A program made the translations under genes and the position numbers. A stretch of 64,000 nt of DNA from Phaeosaccion multiseriatum (lineage: Eukaryota; Protista; Ochrophyta, other classes): positions 1-64,000 of the forward strand of contig OZ218958.1 in NCBI GenBank assembly GCA_965112735.1. Reading direction: 5' to 3'. The notes beneath the pieces are model-generated. The model did not search any database. It was not told the DNA's origin and saw nothing but the letters and a program-made list of their open reading frames with translations. Position 1 is the first letter of the stretch. Each line of letters opens with the position of its first letter. Shown one piece after another: positions 45,389 through 57,306 of this stretch.

Positions 45389-48300
45389 AAAGGGTGTGGG
45401 CATACGCCGGGCTGGTCCTGCTTGTGCGTGGCTTGCCCTGCGCTGACCCGCCCGCTGGTGCTGCCCAAGGCCAAAGGCTCCAAAGGCTTTGGGTTCGCTC
45501 TTCTCAACTCACCCACCCCTTTGCCTTTCTCCTCCCTCCCCCTCCCTCTCCCTCCCGATATGCCTCCAATTTCCCTATTCCTCCAGGACATGGATGAGCT
45601 GTGCAATGTGCACTGGAACCATGACGACGGCTACCAGGTACCGTACCACCAACACGGGCACCACCGGGGGGGGGGGGCGTCTCTACCTCTCAGACTCGCT
45701 CTTGGCTTCGCTTCCCTTGCCTTGCCTTCGCCTTGCCTTCCCGTCCCTGTCATCTCCTCACTCCGCATGGCCATGCTCGGTATCCTCTCTCTGCTCACTT
45801 AGTACGAGGGTGCTCACGTCATGCTTCGGGAGGGCTACGGATCGCTGTGCGAGGCCGTGGCAAGGACGGTGGACGTGCAGCTCGGTGAGAGAGGCAGGGC
45901 AGGGGAGGGGAGGGGCCAATTGCTTGAGACAGGGGAGGGGCGCATTGCTTGAGACAGGGGAGGGGCGCATTGTTTGGGGCACAGGAGGCTTGTGGTGAAG
46001 TCACAGCCATGGACCAATTCGGAATGCTCTGACTGCATGTAAGGACGGGAAGGGCAGACGCCACTCAGTGTGACAGTGCCGTCATGAGGTAGGCACGTAG
46101 GCAAGTGCCGTCATGAAGTAGGCGCGTAGGCAAGTGTCGTGTCGCGGAAACCCGTCCACGTGACCGCCCGTTCGCTTTGCAAGGCAAGGTCTGAACCCTG
46201 CCCATGTGACTGCGACTGCCCATGTGACTGCGACTGCCCCTGCTCTCTTCCCTTCTGTGCTTCTCTAAGGCACCGAAGTCAAGGACATCATCCTACACCC
46301 AACCCCGGGGCGGCAAGGAGGGCCCGCGGGGGTGGTGCTGAGGCTACAGGACAGCCACAGAGACCCTCTTAGCAGCCAGGCGCAGGGGGGGCAGGGGCAG
46401 GCACAGGGGGGGCAGTCGTGCTCTGACACTCAGTATCAGATGAAGGCGGACTTTCTGGTGTGCACCTTGCCGCTGGGGGTGCTCAAGGCCAAGAGGGGTG
46501 GTGTGAGCTTCTCTCCGCCGCTGCCCCAGGCCAAGCAGGACTCCATCAAGAGACTGGGCATGGGCGTGCTCAACAAGGTACTGCGAGGGAAGAGGGCAGA
46601 GCAGCGCAGGGCAACGGTGTATGGGTAGTGCAGGGTAGAGGCGTATGGGCAGGGCAGGGTACAGGTGTATGGGCAGAGCAGGGTGGAGATACGTGGGGAA
46701 GTCATGCTCCGCTTCTCCGTCGCTTTGCGGCCACTGCCGAAGCGAAGCCCGCAGCTCTCTCCCTCTGGCCCTCGCACTTGGCCCCCCTGACCCCAGACTG
46801 CCCCCATCCACTGCTATTCCCGTGTGTCCCACCCCATGTGGTCCACTGCCCTCCCCTGCCCTCCCCTGTGCCTCAGGTGGTGCTTCGCTTCAGCCGCGTG
46901 TTTTGGAAGCAGTGCGACTTCCTGGGGTTCTGCGCTTGTCCCCCTTCCTCCCAGCGAGGGCAGTGGCCCCTGTTTGCCGACCTGTCTCGCCTGACAGGAC
47001 AGCCACTGCTAATGGCCATGGTGGGGGGGGAGAGCGCAGCGAGGGTGGAGAGGATCGGGGATGTTGAGCTCGTCAAGCAAGTCATGAAGGTACGGCAGAG
47101 TATGGCAGGGAACGGAAGGTGTTGAAGGCAAGCAGGGAAGGCAGGGAACGAAGGGTGGTGAAGGCAAGCACCGCAAGGCGTTGACGGCCAAGGCATGAAG
47201 CCAAGGCAGAAGGGTCGGGAAGCTCAAAGGACGAGATCGCTGCTGCCCTCCTCTTCCCCCCCTGCCCCCCTTTGCCCCCCTGTGCCTGTCTCAGATCGTG
47301 CGGCTGCCCTATCCGGAGGCGCCGTCCCCCCTGGAGTACAAGGTCACTCGCTGGCGGCAAGACCGCCTCTCCAAGGGGTCCTTCTCGTACCTGCCCCCCG
47401 GGGCTACTGCGGGTGCGTGCGCGTTCTCTGGACTGGCCGAGGTTCCGCACTCCTTTTCTACCGTCTAGTCACAGCTCTAGATATAGTTTGGCAGATGAAG
47501 TGATTGATTGGCAGATGAAGTGATTGATTGGTTGATTGGTAGATAAATGGATTCATAGGCTACTTGACCTCATGTGGGCGACAGACCGACCGACCACCGA
47601 CCGACCGACCGACCGACCGACCAACTTACTGACTGACTGACTGACTGACTGACTGACTGACTGACTGACTGACTGACTGACTGACTGACTGACTGACTGA
47701 CTGACTGACTGACTGACTGTTGACTGACTGATTGACTGACTGACTGACTGACTGATTGACTGACTGACTGATTGACTGACTGACCGACCGACTGACTGAC
47801 TGACTGACTGACTGACTGACTGACTGACTGACCGACTGACTGACTTACTCACTCACCGACTGACTGACTGACTGACTGACTGACTGACCGACTGACTGAC
47901 TTACTCACTCACCGACTGACTGACCGACTGACTGATTGACTGACTGACTGACCGACTGACTGACTGACTGACTGACTGACTGACTGACTCACTGACTCAC
48001 TCACCGACTGACTGACTGACTGACTGACTGACTGACTGACTGACTGACTGACTGACTGACTGACTGACTGACTGACAGACTTACTCACTCACCGACTGAC
48101 TGACCGACTGACTGATTGACTGACTGACCGACTGACTGACTGACTGACTGACTGACTGACCGGCCGACCGATGGACTGACCTCCGCCGCTTTTGACCGTC
48201 CCCCCCAACCCTCTCTTCCAGACGACTACCGCACGCTGTCCCGGCCCCTGCTTGACGACGAGGGGTGTCCAAGAGTTCTCTTCGCAGGGGAGGCGACAAC

Positions 48301-49519
48301 GCCGCACCACCCCTCCACAGTGCACGGGGCGTGGCTCACGGGACTTAGGGAGGCGCACCGCTTGCACCTCTTCGTCACGGGACAGCTGCTGGACAGGCAC
48401 GAGAGGGAGCAGCAGCAGGGCAAGGAGGGGGGGGCAAAGGGGTTAGAGTTAGGGGAGGGAAGGGGGGGGGCTGACATGGCGGAAGGAGCAGAGATGCCAC
48501 AGCAGGAGGAGGGGGGAGAGGGGAAAGGGACACTGCCCCGGGGGGCGCACGACGGTTCCTTCAACCCCCTGACGGCCGAGCGGGAGGACTTCTCAGAGGA
48601 CACCCTCTATGAGTCGCTGGTGCCGCCGCCCCTGCTCACAGAGGGGGCGAGGAGGAGGAAGAGGGGAAGGAGGCAAGGAGGAAGCACCAGCAGCGCTCGT
48701 ACTGCTCCTGCTCCGGGCAGCGGCGCTGACCCTTCCGTCTCTTCGGCGCCTCTGGCGGACTTGGGGCTGAGGTTTGGGCTGACAGAGGATGAAGAGGCGC
48801 GGCAGCGAGAGGAGGAGGAGCGGCAGAAGGAGAGGCTGAGGAGGGACAAAGGTACACGAGATGCCCGCCTCCGCAAGAGACTCCTCGCCAGGGGTGACAA
48901 GGCGCCGCCGCCCACCCCCGAGGAGGAGGAGCTCATGAATGATGGTACATATACAGTACCTGGTGTCCTCGACCTCGACTTTACTTTTGGTACTAGTAAC
49001 GGCCGCCGCGCCTTCCCGAGGGGGCAGGGGCAGGCGGGGAGCGGTCCTCCTCCTCCCGCCGGGGGGGGTGTCACAGAAGCGGAAGCAGCGGGGATGCGCG
49101 AGAGGGACGCCAGGAGACAGCGCAGAGAGCAGAGGATGAAGGATGCAGAGGAGGGGGAGGGAGACGCGGCTGCTTCCCCGCCAGCCCTTTCTCCTCCTCC
49201 TCCTCCTGCTGCTGCTGCTGCTGGTGGTGGTACTGCCCCCTCTGCCCCTGCCCAAGCTGGCCCTGCCCAAGCTGGCCCTGCCCAAGCTGCTGACTCGGCT
49301 GCAAGTGCAAGTGCTGGTGCCGGTCCTCCCAGTCCTCGGGGTCGGGGGCGGCCGAAGGGTTCTCTGGGCAAGAGCAGCAAGGCCAACAACAAGAGCACCA
49401 AGGCCCGCGGCAGAGGGAGGCCACCCAACCCGAACCCGCCCGCGCCGAGGACACCTTCGGGGAGGGGAAGGGGCCGTCCCAAGGGGTCCTTCGGCAAGAA
49501 GCGGAAATTGGAGGAGCAA

Positions 49520-49561
<42 letters not shown>

Positions 49562-50059
49562 GCGCCGGGAGGAGCAGCAGCGGCGGCAGCGGCAGGAGCC
49601 GGAGGGACGGAAGCATCCCCCTCCACAGCTGTGCCTGTGCCTTTGGCTGTGCCTTTGGCTGTGCCTGCAGCGGCGAGAGCGCAGAGCCCCCTTAAGGAAG
49701 TCACGGAACATGTCACGGAACATGTCACGGAACATGTCACGGAACATGTCACGGAACATGTCACGGAACATGTCAGGGAAGAGGCGCGTGACAAGGCGGC
49801 GGGAGAGGCGGAGGCCCCCCAGTCGGGCACAGAGTCAGGCACACAAGCAGGTATATGGGTAGGCACAGAGTCAGGCACACAAGTAGGCACACAAGCAGGC
49901 CCACCCTGGCCCAAGAAGAGGAGGGGCAATGGGAGAGAGGAGGAGGAGGGGGAGGAGCAGGACGAGGGCGGCGGGGAAAAAGACGAGGCGGAAACAAAGG
50001 CGGGGAGCGCAGCAGATGAACCGTCCCCGCATGTCCACCCCCCCGGGGATGAGGGGTAG
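43017..50059 (+). CDS. Flavin-dependent amine oxidase, LSD1/KDM1(LDL)-like, with C-terminal AT-hooks
   Basis: [12 protein letters not shown]...EARERIGGR; GA|SFIHG; [10 protein letters not shown]; WNHDDGYQ|YEGAH; TLPLGVLK; [19 protein letters not shown]|VVLRF; VTRW; LFAGEAT...[13 protein letters not shown]; three RGRGRP motifs. Confidence 0.9.
47582..48180. repeat. Intronic (GACT)n/(GACC)n microsatellite
   Basis: Directly visible in the last intron of the amine oxidase gene. Confidence 0.95.
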
Positions 50060-50407
50060 CTTGGGATGATGGCCCCTACTACCCATATACCTGCATACCC
50101 CTCCTTCAATTCCTTGTACACATTCTCTACGTTGTGTTCCTTTTTTGTCGTTCTCTTGGAGACAAGCAAGCATCCCCATTGCCATCCATTGCCATCCATT
50201 GCCATCCCTTGCCATCCTTCTGGCCGTGGTGAAGGACAGAAGGTGCCTCGAAAAAAGCCTTTTTTTGGAGGAATTTCGATACCGATCTCGATATTTTTTC
50301 GAGTCTGATATCTGAAATTCAGGGTCAGCCGTCCCCCCTGGGCCCCTGGTTCTCGGCTGTCCTCCCTCTGCAGTAGACAGGGGCATTGTTAGCAGCAAGC
50401 ACCAACC

Positions 50408-52305
50408 ATGGCGCCCGTTCAGCCCCTCTCCCGGCCGACTATCGTCAAGAAGAGGACGAAGAAGTTCGCACGCCACCAGAGCGACCAGTTTATGCGAATC
50501 AAGAACAGCTCATGGAGAAAGCCAAAGGGTGAGTGTTCAGGGAGAGAGAGAGAGAGAGAGAGCAGCAGCAGCAGCAGCAGCAGCAACAATTCCTGCCATT
50601 TAGGTTACGAGGGCTCTGCGTGGACGACTGTTTTAGTATCCGGCACAGGGTATGCGGCTGCTGCTGATGGATGCCCCTCTGAACTGCGAGGGAGGGACCC
50701 GTCCTCCCACAACTGGACGCGGGCCTGAGCCTTGCTGCCCCTCAGTCCATGATCTCCTTTCCCTTAATTAGTCTTCCTTTACTAATGACCTCCTGTCGCT
50801 GCTGCCCCTGCTCAGGTATTGATGGACGCGTGAGGAGGAGATTCAAGGGTGCTTTGCCCATGCCCAACGTGGGATACGGTGAGTCATGAACAGAAGGGGG
50901 CGCTGGTTCCCGCTGCTGCAGATGGGAGAGGGATGCTTCAGAGGGCATGTATGCGGTCTGACTTGCGAGAAGCGCGGCAGGCGAGACGGCGGGGGTTGCG
51001 GCAAGGCAGCAGAGGAGCAACGCCCAGTTGAAAGGCGGAGACTGCAGCACCGCAGCGGAGCAGGGCACTTGCAACGAGCGCTGGCTGGACAAATGTTTGG
51101 GAAGGGAGGGATGGAGGGACGAAGGACTGAAGCGGGTGGTGGGGCTTGTTTGCGATCACAGAGGGGAGGAGGGGCGGTGCAGAGTCATGTCAGTTGAGCT
51201 CCCGGCTGCTCTTGCTTGCAGTAGAGGGGGGTTCAGGCGGTGCAGAGAGCCTCAGCGGACCCAGGGAGAGACACGCGTAGAGAGGGGGGGGGGGGGGGGC
51301 TGGACACACTCTGTGGATGTATCTACGGCCTCTCGAGGGCCTATCGATGGAGTAAAGGACGGGAGGGGCGGCGGTAGCAGGCCTCGGCATACTTTCGTCG
51401 GAGCCTGGGCAGACACACACTTGACAGGACCAAGGCGCCGTACTGACCGACACACGAACCTCCCCCCTCTCTCTCTCTTTCTCTCTCTCGATGTCTCTCC
51501 GTTTTGCCCCTGGCGTCCTTGACCTGACTGGCAGGCTCCAACAAGAAGACCCGCAACGTGCTCCCCAACGGATTCAAGAAGGTGAGGCAGCCACACGGCG
51601 GAGAGGCTGAAATGGCAGCATATAGGCACACAAGGAGGGTAGAGCAAGGTAGAGCAATGGAATGGGCCACTGACGCAAGGAGCTCAGCAGCCTGCAAGGG
51701 GGCTTTTGCGCACCGCACCGCACTACACAAGGGGGGGACAGCTCTACCACTCCCCTCCCCCACCTCTAGCGCAAGCGAGCCTGCCCGTGAGCATGCCCGT
51801 GAGCATGCCCGTGAGCCTGGACCTGCTTAAGCTTTGTTGGTCTGTGGTGCCCCCTTGGCCCTCTCTGCTCTGTCCCGCTCCTTACCCCGCCCTGTCCCCT
51901 TCTTCTGCCATCCACCCATTCCCTCAGTTCCTGGTGCACAACGTGTCCGAGCTTGAGCTGCTGATGATGCACAACAGGGTGTACGCCGCAGAGATCGCAC
52001 ACAACGTGTCTTCCCGAAAGCGCAAGGTAAGACAGACGCCAGGAGGGAGGGACAGGGAGGTACCCATGGGTTGTGGGTTGCCATCGGCTGCCATCGGGGC
52101 GGACCAAACTTGCTCACTTTCTTATACTTTCTGCCTATATATCTACCGCTCCTGCCTACGCGTATTCAATGGCTTCCCCTTGCACCCCCTTGCCTTTGCC
52201 ATCCATTGCCATCCATTGCTCCAGGCCATCGTGGAGCGCGCTGGAGAGCTCCATGTGCGAGTCACCAACGCCAACGCCAAGCTGCGCGCAGAGGAGGACA
52301 ACTAA
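50408..52305 (+). CDS. RPL32: 60S ribosomal protein L32 (eL32)
   Basis: Exons 50408-50528, 50816-50878, 51535-51581, 51928-52026 and 52225-52305 translate to [15 protein letters not shown]...[17 protein letters not shown]...[49 protein letters not shown]. Confidence 0.98.
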
Positions 52306-52535
52306 GCAACACCTCCTGTCTTTCGATTGGACTGTCGGTAGACTTCCTTGCTTGTCGTCCCGCTTGTCGTTCCTGCTTACCCCCACGCTCCGCCCAGCGC
52401 AGAGGGGCACTGTCTAAAATAAAAAAAAGGTTTCACCGATGAGATGTGTGACTCTCTTGAGCTGTGCTATGGACTCTCTTGAGTGCTTTGCACGTGTCTG
52501 TCTGATCCCTCCGGCCGTATGCGTGGCTCTCTTGA

Positions 52536-52695
52536 GCTGTGCTACTGAAGCCTGTGGAGCCCTGTGCTACTGAAGCCTGTGGAGCCCTGTGCTACTGAAG
52601 CCTGTGGAGCCCTGTGCCATTGAAGCCTGTGGAGCCCTCTGCTACTGAAGCCTGTGGAGCCCTGTGCCATTGTGCCATTGAAGCCTGTGGAGCCG
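52536..52695. repeat. 25-bp minisatellite (ACTGAAGCCTGTGGAGCCCTGTGCT), about 6 copies
   Basis: Directly visible. Confidence 0.85.
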
Positions 52696-52823
52696 CTTGC
52701 TCGTGTCGGCGGTCTGTTGTGCTGGACTCTACTCAGCAAAGCTTTTATTGGCTCCACTCCGTCGGCTGCCATCCGCTGCAGAGCCCAACGCCTGATGCAG
52801 CCCAACACGGACCATCGGAGCAG

Positions 52824-52898
52824 CAGCAGTCTCACAGCAGTCTCACAGCAGTCTCACAGCAGTCTCACAGCAGTCTCACAGCAGTCTCACAGCAGTCT
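52824..52898. repeat. 11-bp tandem repeat CAGTCTCACAG
   Basis: Directly visible, about 6 copies. Confidence 0.85.
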
Positions 52899-53228
52899 GC
52901 AGCGGGGGGGGTAAGTGGGGGGGGGTTACCCGCACACTGAAGCACACTGAAGCACCCCCTGAGTCCCTGCGTCTCGAGAGCGAGGCATTGCAGGACATGG
53001 TGGGCGGGTATATGGGTAGTCGGGTAGGTGTACCCCTGCCCCGGAGCAAACCATGCCAGTGCCGGTGCCAATGTGTGGGTTCCTTACTTGGGCGTCTCGC
53101 CTTGCCTCTCTCTCGTCGCTTCCGAGCTTGCGCCCAGTGCATGTCTGTGGCGCCTCCCCCGCTCCAGCAAGGCCTCCAGCCAAGCCCCCAGCCAAGATAA
53201 CGGGAGAGAGACTCCACTTGTTCCCTTC

Positions 53229-54381
53229 TCAACCCCCTCCCTCCGCGCTAACTGCCGTCTTGGCGGTACCGCTTGGCAGCTGTTTGTGTCCCTGCTTTTG
53301 TTTCAATAACTGCTGCTGCTGCTGCTGCTGCTGCTGCTCAATGGCCAGCTCCTCTTCGGTGGAGGGGACGGCCGAAAGCACCCCTGCGCGAGAGATCTGA
53401 AGGGGGGGTAGAAGGCAGCAGATGGCAGCAGCAGAGCAGCAGCATGGCACAGTCAGGTCGGTTCAGATGACACCACACCACTCAGAGGGAGACTGAACGG
53501 GGGGACAGTGTCGGGCGCAGCAATCAACCGCATACCTGAGAGGCAGGGATGATGACGAGGTCCTGAGTGTTGAGGTTGGGGCAAAGCTCCATCACGCGCG
53601 CCCCCGCGTACTCGGCCTCCATGCTCACGAGCAGGGGAACAGAGTCCGGCCCGGCGGTGACGCTACTCTGGAGGGGAGGACGCAACAAGCAAGGGAGGAC
53701 GGCATTGGGCGAGCAATCTCAGACAAGCAGCTTTGACCATTGACCTGTTCTCGCTCTCCACCCTCCTCCTGCCGCTGCTGAGACTAAGCCAAGCAGCCTC
53801 TCACCCTCACCTCCTGCAGCACGCCGAAGCGGTAGGTGAAGCCCTCCTTGCCGTAGCCGTGCGGGTTGGGCGCGCTCTGCATGAGGAACAGCAGCTCCTG
53901 GTACAAGGCCGTACGGCGCAGCATGCCCCGGTCAGGCAGGCCCTGCGAACAGGGAGAGAGAAAGAGAGGGATGCATTGGGAGCGAGGAAGGGAGGGAGGG
54001 AGGGAGAGAGGGAGGGGGCGAATGATTTGGGGGTGAGCGTCACTTGCGCGTGTGGGGCCGTGCAAGGGGACGGAGCTGCCCACCTCGATCTTCCTCCTGA
54101 CTTGTCTCAAAGTGGTGTCCATGTCCACGAGGACGTAGTCCAGCCGCTCGGAGAGGCCTCCCTGATTATTCGCCACGAGGAAGGAGTGCTGGTCGTGCAC
54201 ATTCTGCCTGCAAGGAGGGCAGGAATTGAATCACAGAGCGAGGCAAGAGGAGTGAAGTGTGAGTGCTTATACTGAGACTTCCTCCCCCCCTCCCCTTCTT
54301 TCATGGCCACCCCCCCCCTCCCTCTCCTTCTTTCATGGCCACTCACGGGTGCGTGAAGATCCGCACGTGGCAATTGGGCAT
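53229..54381 (-). CDS. Hypothetical protein (5 exons)
   Basis: An in-phase GT-AG exon chain gives MPNCHVRIFTHP|QNVHDQHSFLVA...RKIE|GLPDRG...GVLQE|SSVTAG...IIPASQ|ISRAG...AEGGG*. No family recognised. Confidence 0.7.
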
Positions 54382-54518
54382 TTTTTTGTTGTCACGAAGA
54401 TCACGAAACGGGCAAAATGGCTGGATGGCACCCGATGGCTTTTCGCCGTTCCCAACACCTACATGATATCCTAAATCCCTCCCTCCCCATGTCTCAGGGC
54501 CTGGTCTCTTCTTAGAGC

Positions 54519-55367
54519 ATGCCGCTCTCTCCTACGGTCACCAGAGGGGGATCAGAGGTGGATGGAAAGGTGGGTGAAGCGGTGCCGGATTCGGCGGGAG
54601 CCATGGTGTCGTCGTGGTCGTCTGAAGCCGGTGGGGCAGGGCCAGAAGCAGCAGCAGCAGCAGCGGCAGGGGAAGTCTTGGAGGCTTGCACGAGTGGAGA
54701 GAGCAGAGAGAAATTCCTCTACGACAGGGAGACGGGGGACTCGGAAAGCAGCAGAGGTAGCAGCAGGGAGGACAAACACGGGAAGAAAAAGGGCAAGAGG
54801 AGGAAGGGAGAGGGGAGAGCATCAGCAATCAGCAGCGGCAGCAAGGAGGGGGAGAGTTCAGCAAACAGCGGTGGGAGCAGCAGGAAGGAGGGCGAGGAAT
54901 CAGCTGGTATTCTCGACTTCTCTACTGACTCCCTCTTCTCTGCCGTGGGGGAGCAGCTGGAGCGCATGAGCAGCGGCCTGCGCAGCGCGTACAGCGACGG
55001 AAAGCAAAGGTACTCCGCCTCGCCCGCCATCCAGGAGGTGCTGAACAGGTACCCACAAAAGGACTACTGGCCCTGCTACTCCGCCGTGCTAGTCGCCGTG
55101 CTGCTGTGCGCAGGCTTGTTGGGCCGCCTGGCTCTATCCTCAGGCTCCAGTGGTAAGCTCAGGCGGCGAGCGAGCGTGGCGACTGGCAACAGCAACAGTA
55201 GAAGCCCCGGCTCCAGTAGCAGAGGCATAGGAGATGGGAAGGCAAGCAGTGGGGAGAGCGGCAAGGCGGGAGGGGGCGCGGCGGTGGGTAGAAGCGGGAG
55301 CGGCAACGGCGTTAGCGGAAAGGGTACCGGGCTGCCTCCCTTCTCGCCCCCGAAAGGAGAGCAACAC

Positions 55368-55411
<44 letters not shown>

Positions 55412-56595
55412 CAGAAGGAACGGGCACGGCGGGCACCGGGGCAGTACGCCGAGAGGAGAGCCCCTGGACCCCAACAGTCGCCACGGCCACAGCCACAGCT
55501 ACAGCCACAGCCAAGGCGTCCGTAGCATGGGAGGGGGGGGGAGCACCATGGGAGACAGAGACAGCTCCGGCTCCCTCTCCGACGACGACGCAATGAGCGT
55601 GTACTCGGGTGAGTGGGTGGGGAGGGAGGATGGCACTCCATGGTAGGGCCTTAGGGTTAGGGCCGCGTGCCTGAGCAGCGTCCAAAGTAGGGGCAGGGCA
55701 AGTGCCCTTCAAGCAAGTCAGTGCTCGATGGGCATTGACTGCTTTGTATTGATTGATTGCTTAAGCCCGGCCGCCCTCTTGCCATCCCCCCTCAGGCCTT
55801 AGCCGCACGTACTCGTCGGCCTCTCTGTCGCTGGGGCAGGGCCCGCTGGACATGGACACCATCCTCTTCAACTGCGGGAGGAAGCCCGAGCTGCTCAAGG
55901 GGCAGGCGCTTCACGTGCACGGCCGGTGAGAGGCAGTCAGTCAGCCACTCAGTCAGGCAGGCAGGGGGATGGCAGTCAATGGCAGGGGATTGCTGAGGCT
56001 CTATCCGAGACTCTGCCTGTTCGTGTCCAGAGAGAGTACCCCCCGCGCCCCTCGCTAACCCACAAACTGAAACTGAAACTGCCCCTGCCGCTGCCCCTGT
56101 CCCTCTGGCCCATCCCATCCTACCCCCTGTCGTGTACTGCCCGCATGCCGATATGCCTGCCCATATGCCTGCCTATATGCCTGCCCATATGCCCGCCCCT
56201 CAGAGGGGAGGTGCGTGTGCTGGAGGTGGTACGGCGCAGGGGGCGCAGGACGAAGTTCCTGGTGCAGCACAAAGACGGAGGAGAAACCGAGCACGTGCAC
56301 CTCTACCGGAATGTGAGTCAGGCAGCAGGGCAGTAGAGGGCAGTCGGGCAGAAGGTGATCACAAGGTGATCAGAAGGTGCGGTGTCCGAAGCATCCCTCA
56401 CGGCCCCCGCAAGTGCTCTCGCGCGTGCAGCCATCAAGTGCCATCCTCTCGCCCCCCCCTGACCGGAGGGCTCTGCTCCCTCGTGTGTCCGCCTGTCGTG
56501 TACGCCTGTCGTGTCCGCCTGTCGTGTACGCCTGGCCCCCGCAGAAACGCGACAAGGCCCGGAGAGACGAGCTGTCCTTCACTCTCCTCCCTTGA
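54519..56595 (+). CDS. Hypothetical single-pass membrane protein with a small basic beta-rich C-terminal domain
   Basis: Long first exon with hydrophobic YSAVLVAVLLCAGLLG. Further exons give DTILFNCGRKPELLKG...GEVRVLEVVRRRGRRTKFLVQH...FTLLP*. Confidence 0.65.
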
Positions 56596-56883
56596 GAGAT
56601 AGAGCCGAGCTGCCGTAGAAGAAGGAGGAACGAGTGGTCGTCTCTCCTTCACCCTCCAGTCTCAGCGCCAGCCACCGCGTGAGGAGGGAGGAGGCACCCA
56701 TATTCTTGCCCATATGCCTGCCAATAGGCCTGCCTCGGTCTCCTTCGCCTTGGCCAGTGATTCAAAGGTGCCTTGGCACCACCGACGCCGCTGGAGGGGA
56801 TGGCACTTGATGGCGATTCACGTCACTCGATGCCTTGGCTGCAGCAGATCCCCCCCCACCTGGGGATCCTCCCCGAGGGGGCG

Positions 56884-57243
56884 TTACGCCCCGTGCACGA
56901 TGAGCTCCTCCCCTTCCATCACGCCCTTCTGAGCGGCGGGGGACAGGGCTAGGGGGAGGGAGGAAGGAGGGTGGACAAGGGGTTAACGAGGGGCTCATGT
57001 GGGGGTTGACAGGGAAAGAGGAGCTGACCTTGATCATCGGCCAGGAAGGCGTCCCCTCCATCGTCCTTCTGCCCAGCGCTGACCCAGTCGGGGTGGTCGG
57101 CGTCCAGGGTGGGGTAGATGCTGCGGGCAACCTTCAGCATGTCTGCAGAGAGAGGGGCGGTGGCAAGTCCGTGACATGAGTCAGTGGCAGTGAGTCAGTG
57201 AGCATAGCAACCCTGAACTTGAAAGGACGCTAGTGCACCCATG

Positions 57244-57306
<63 letters not shown>

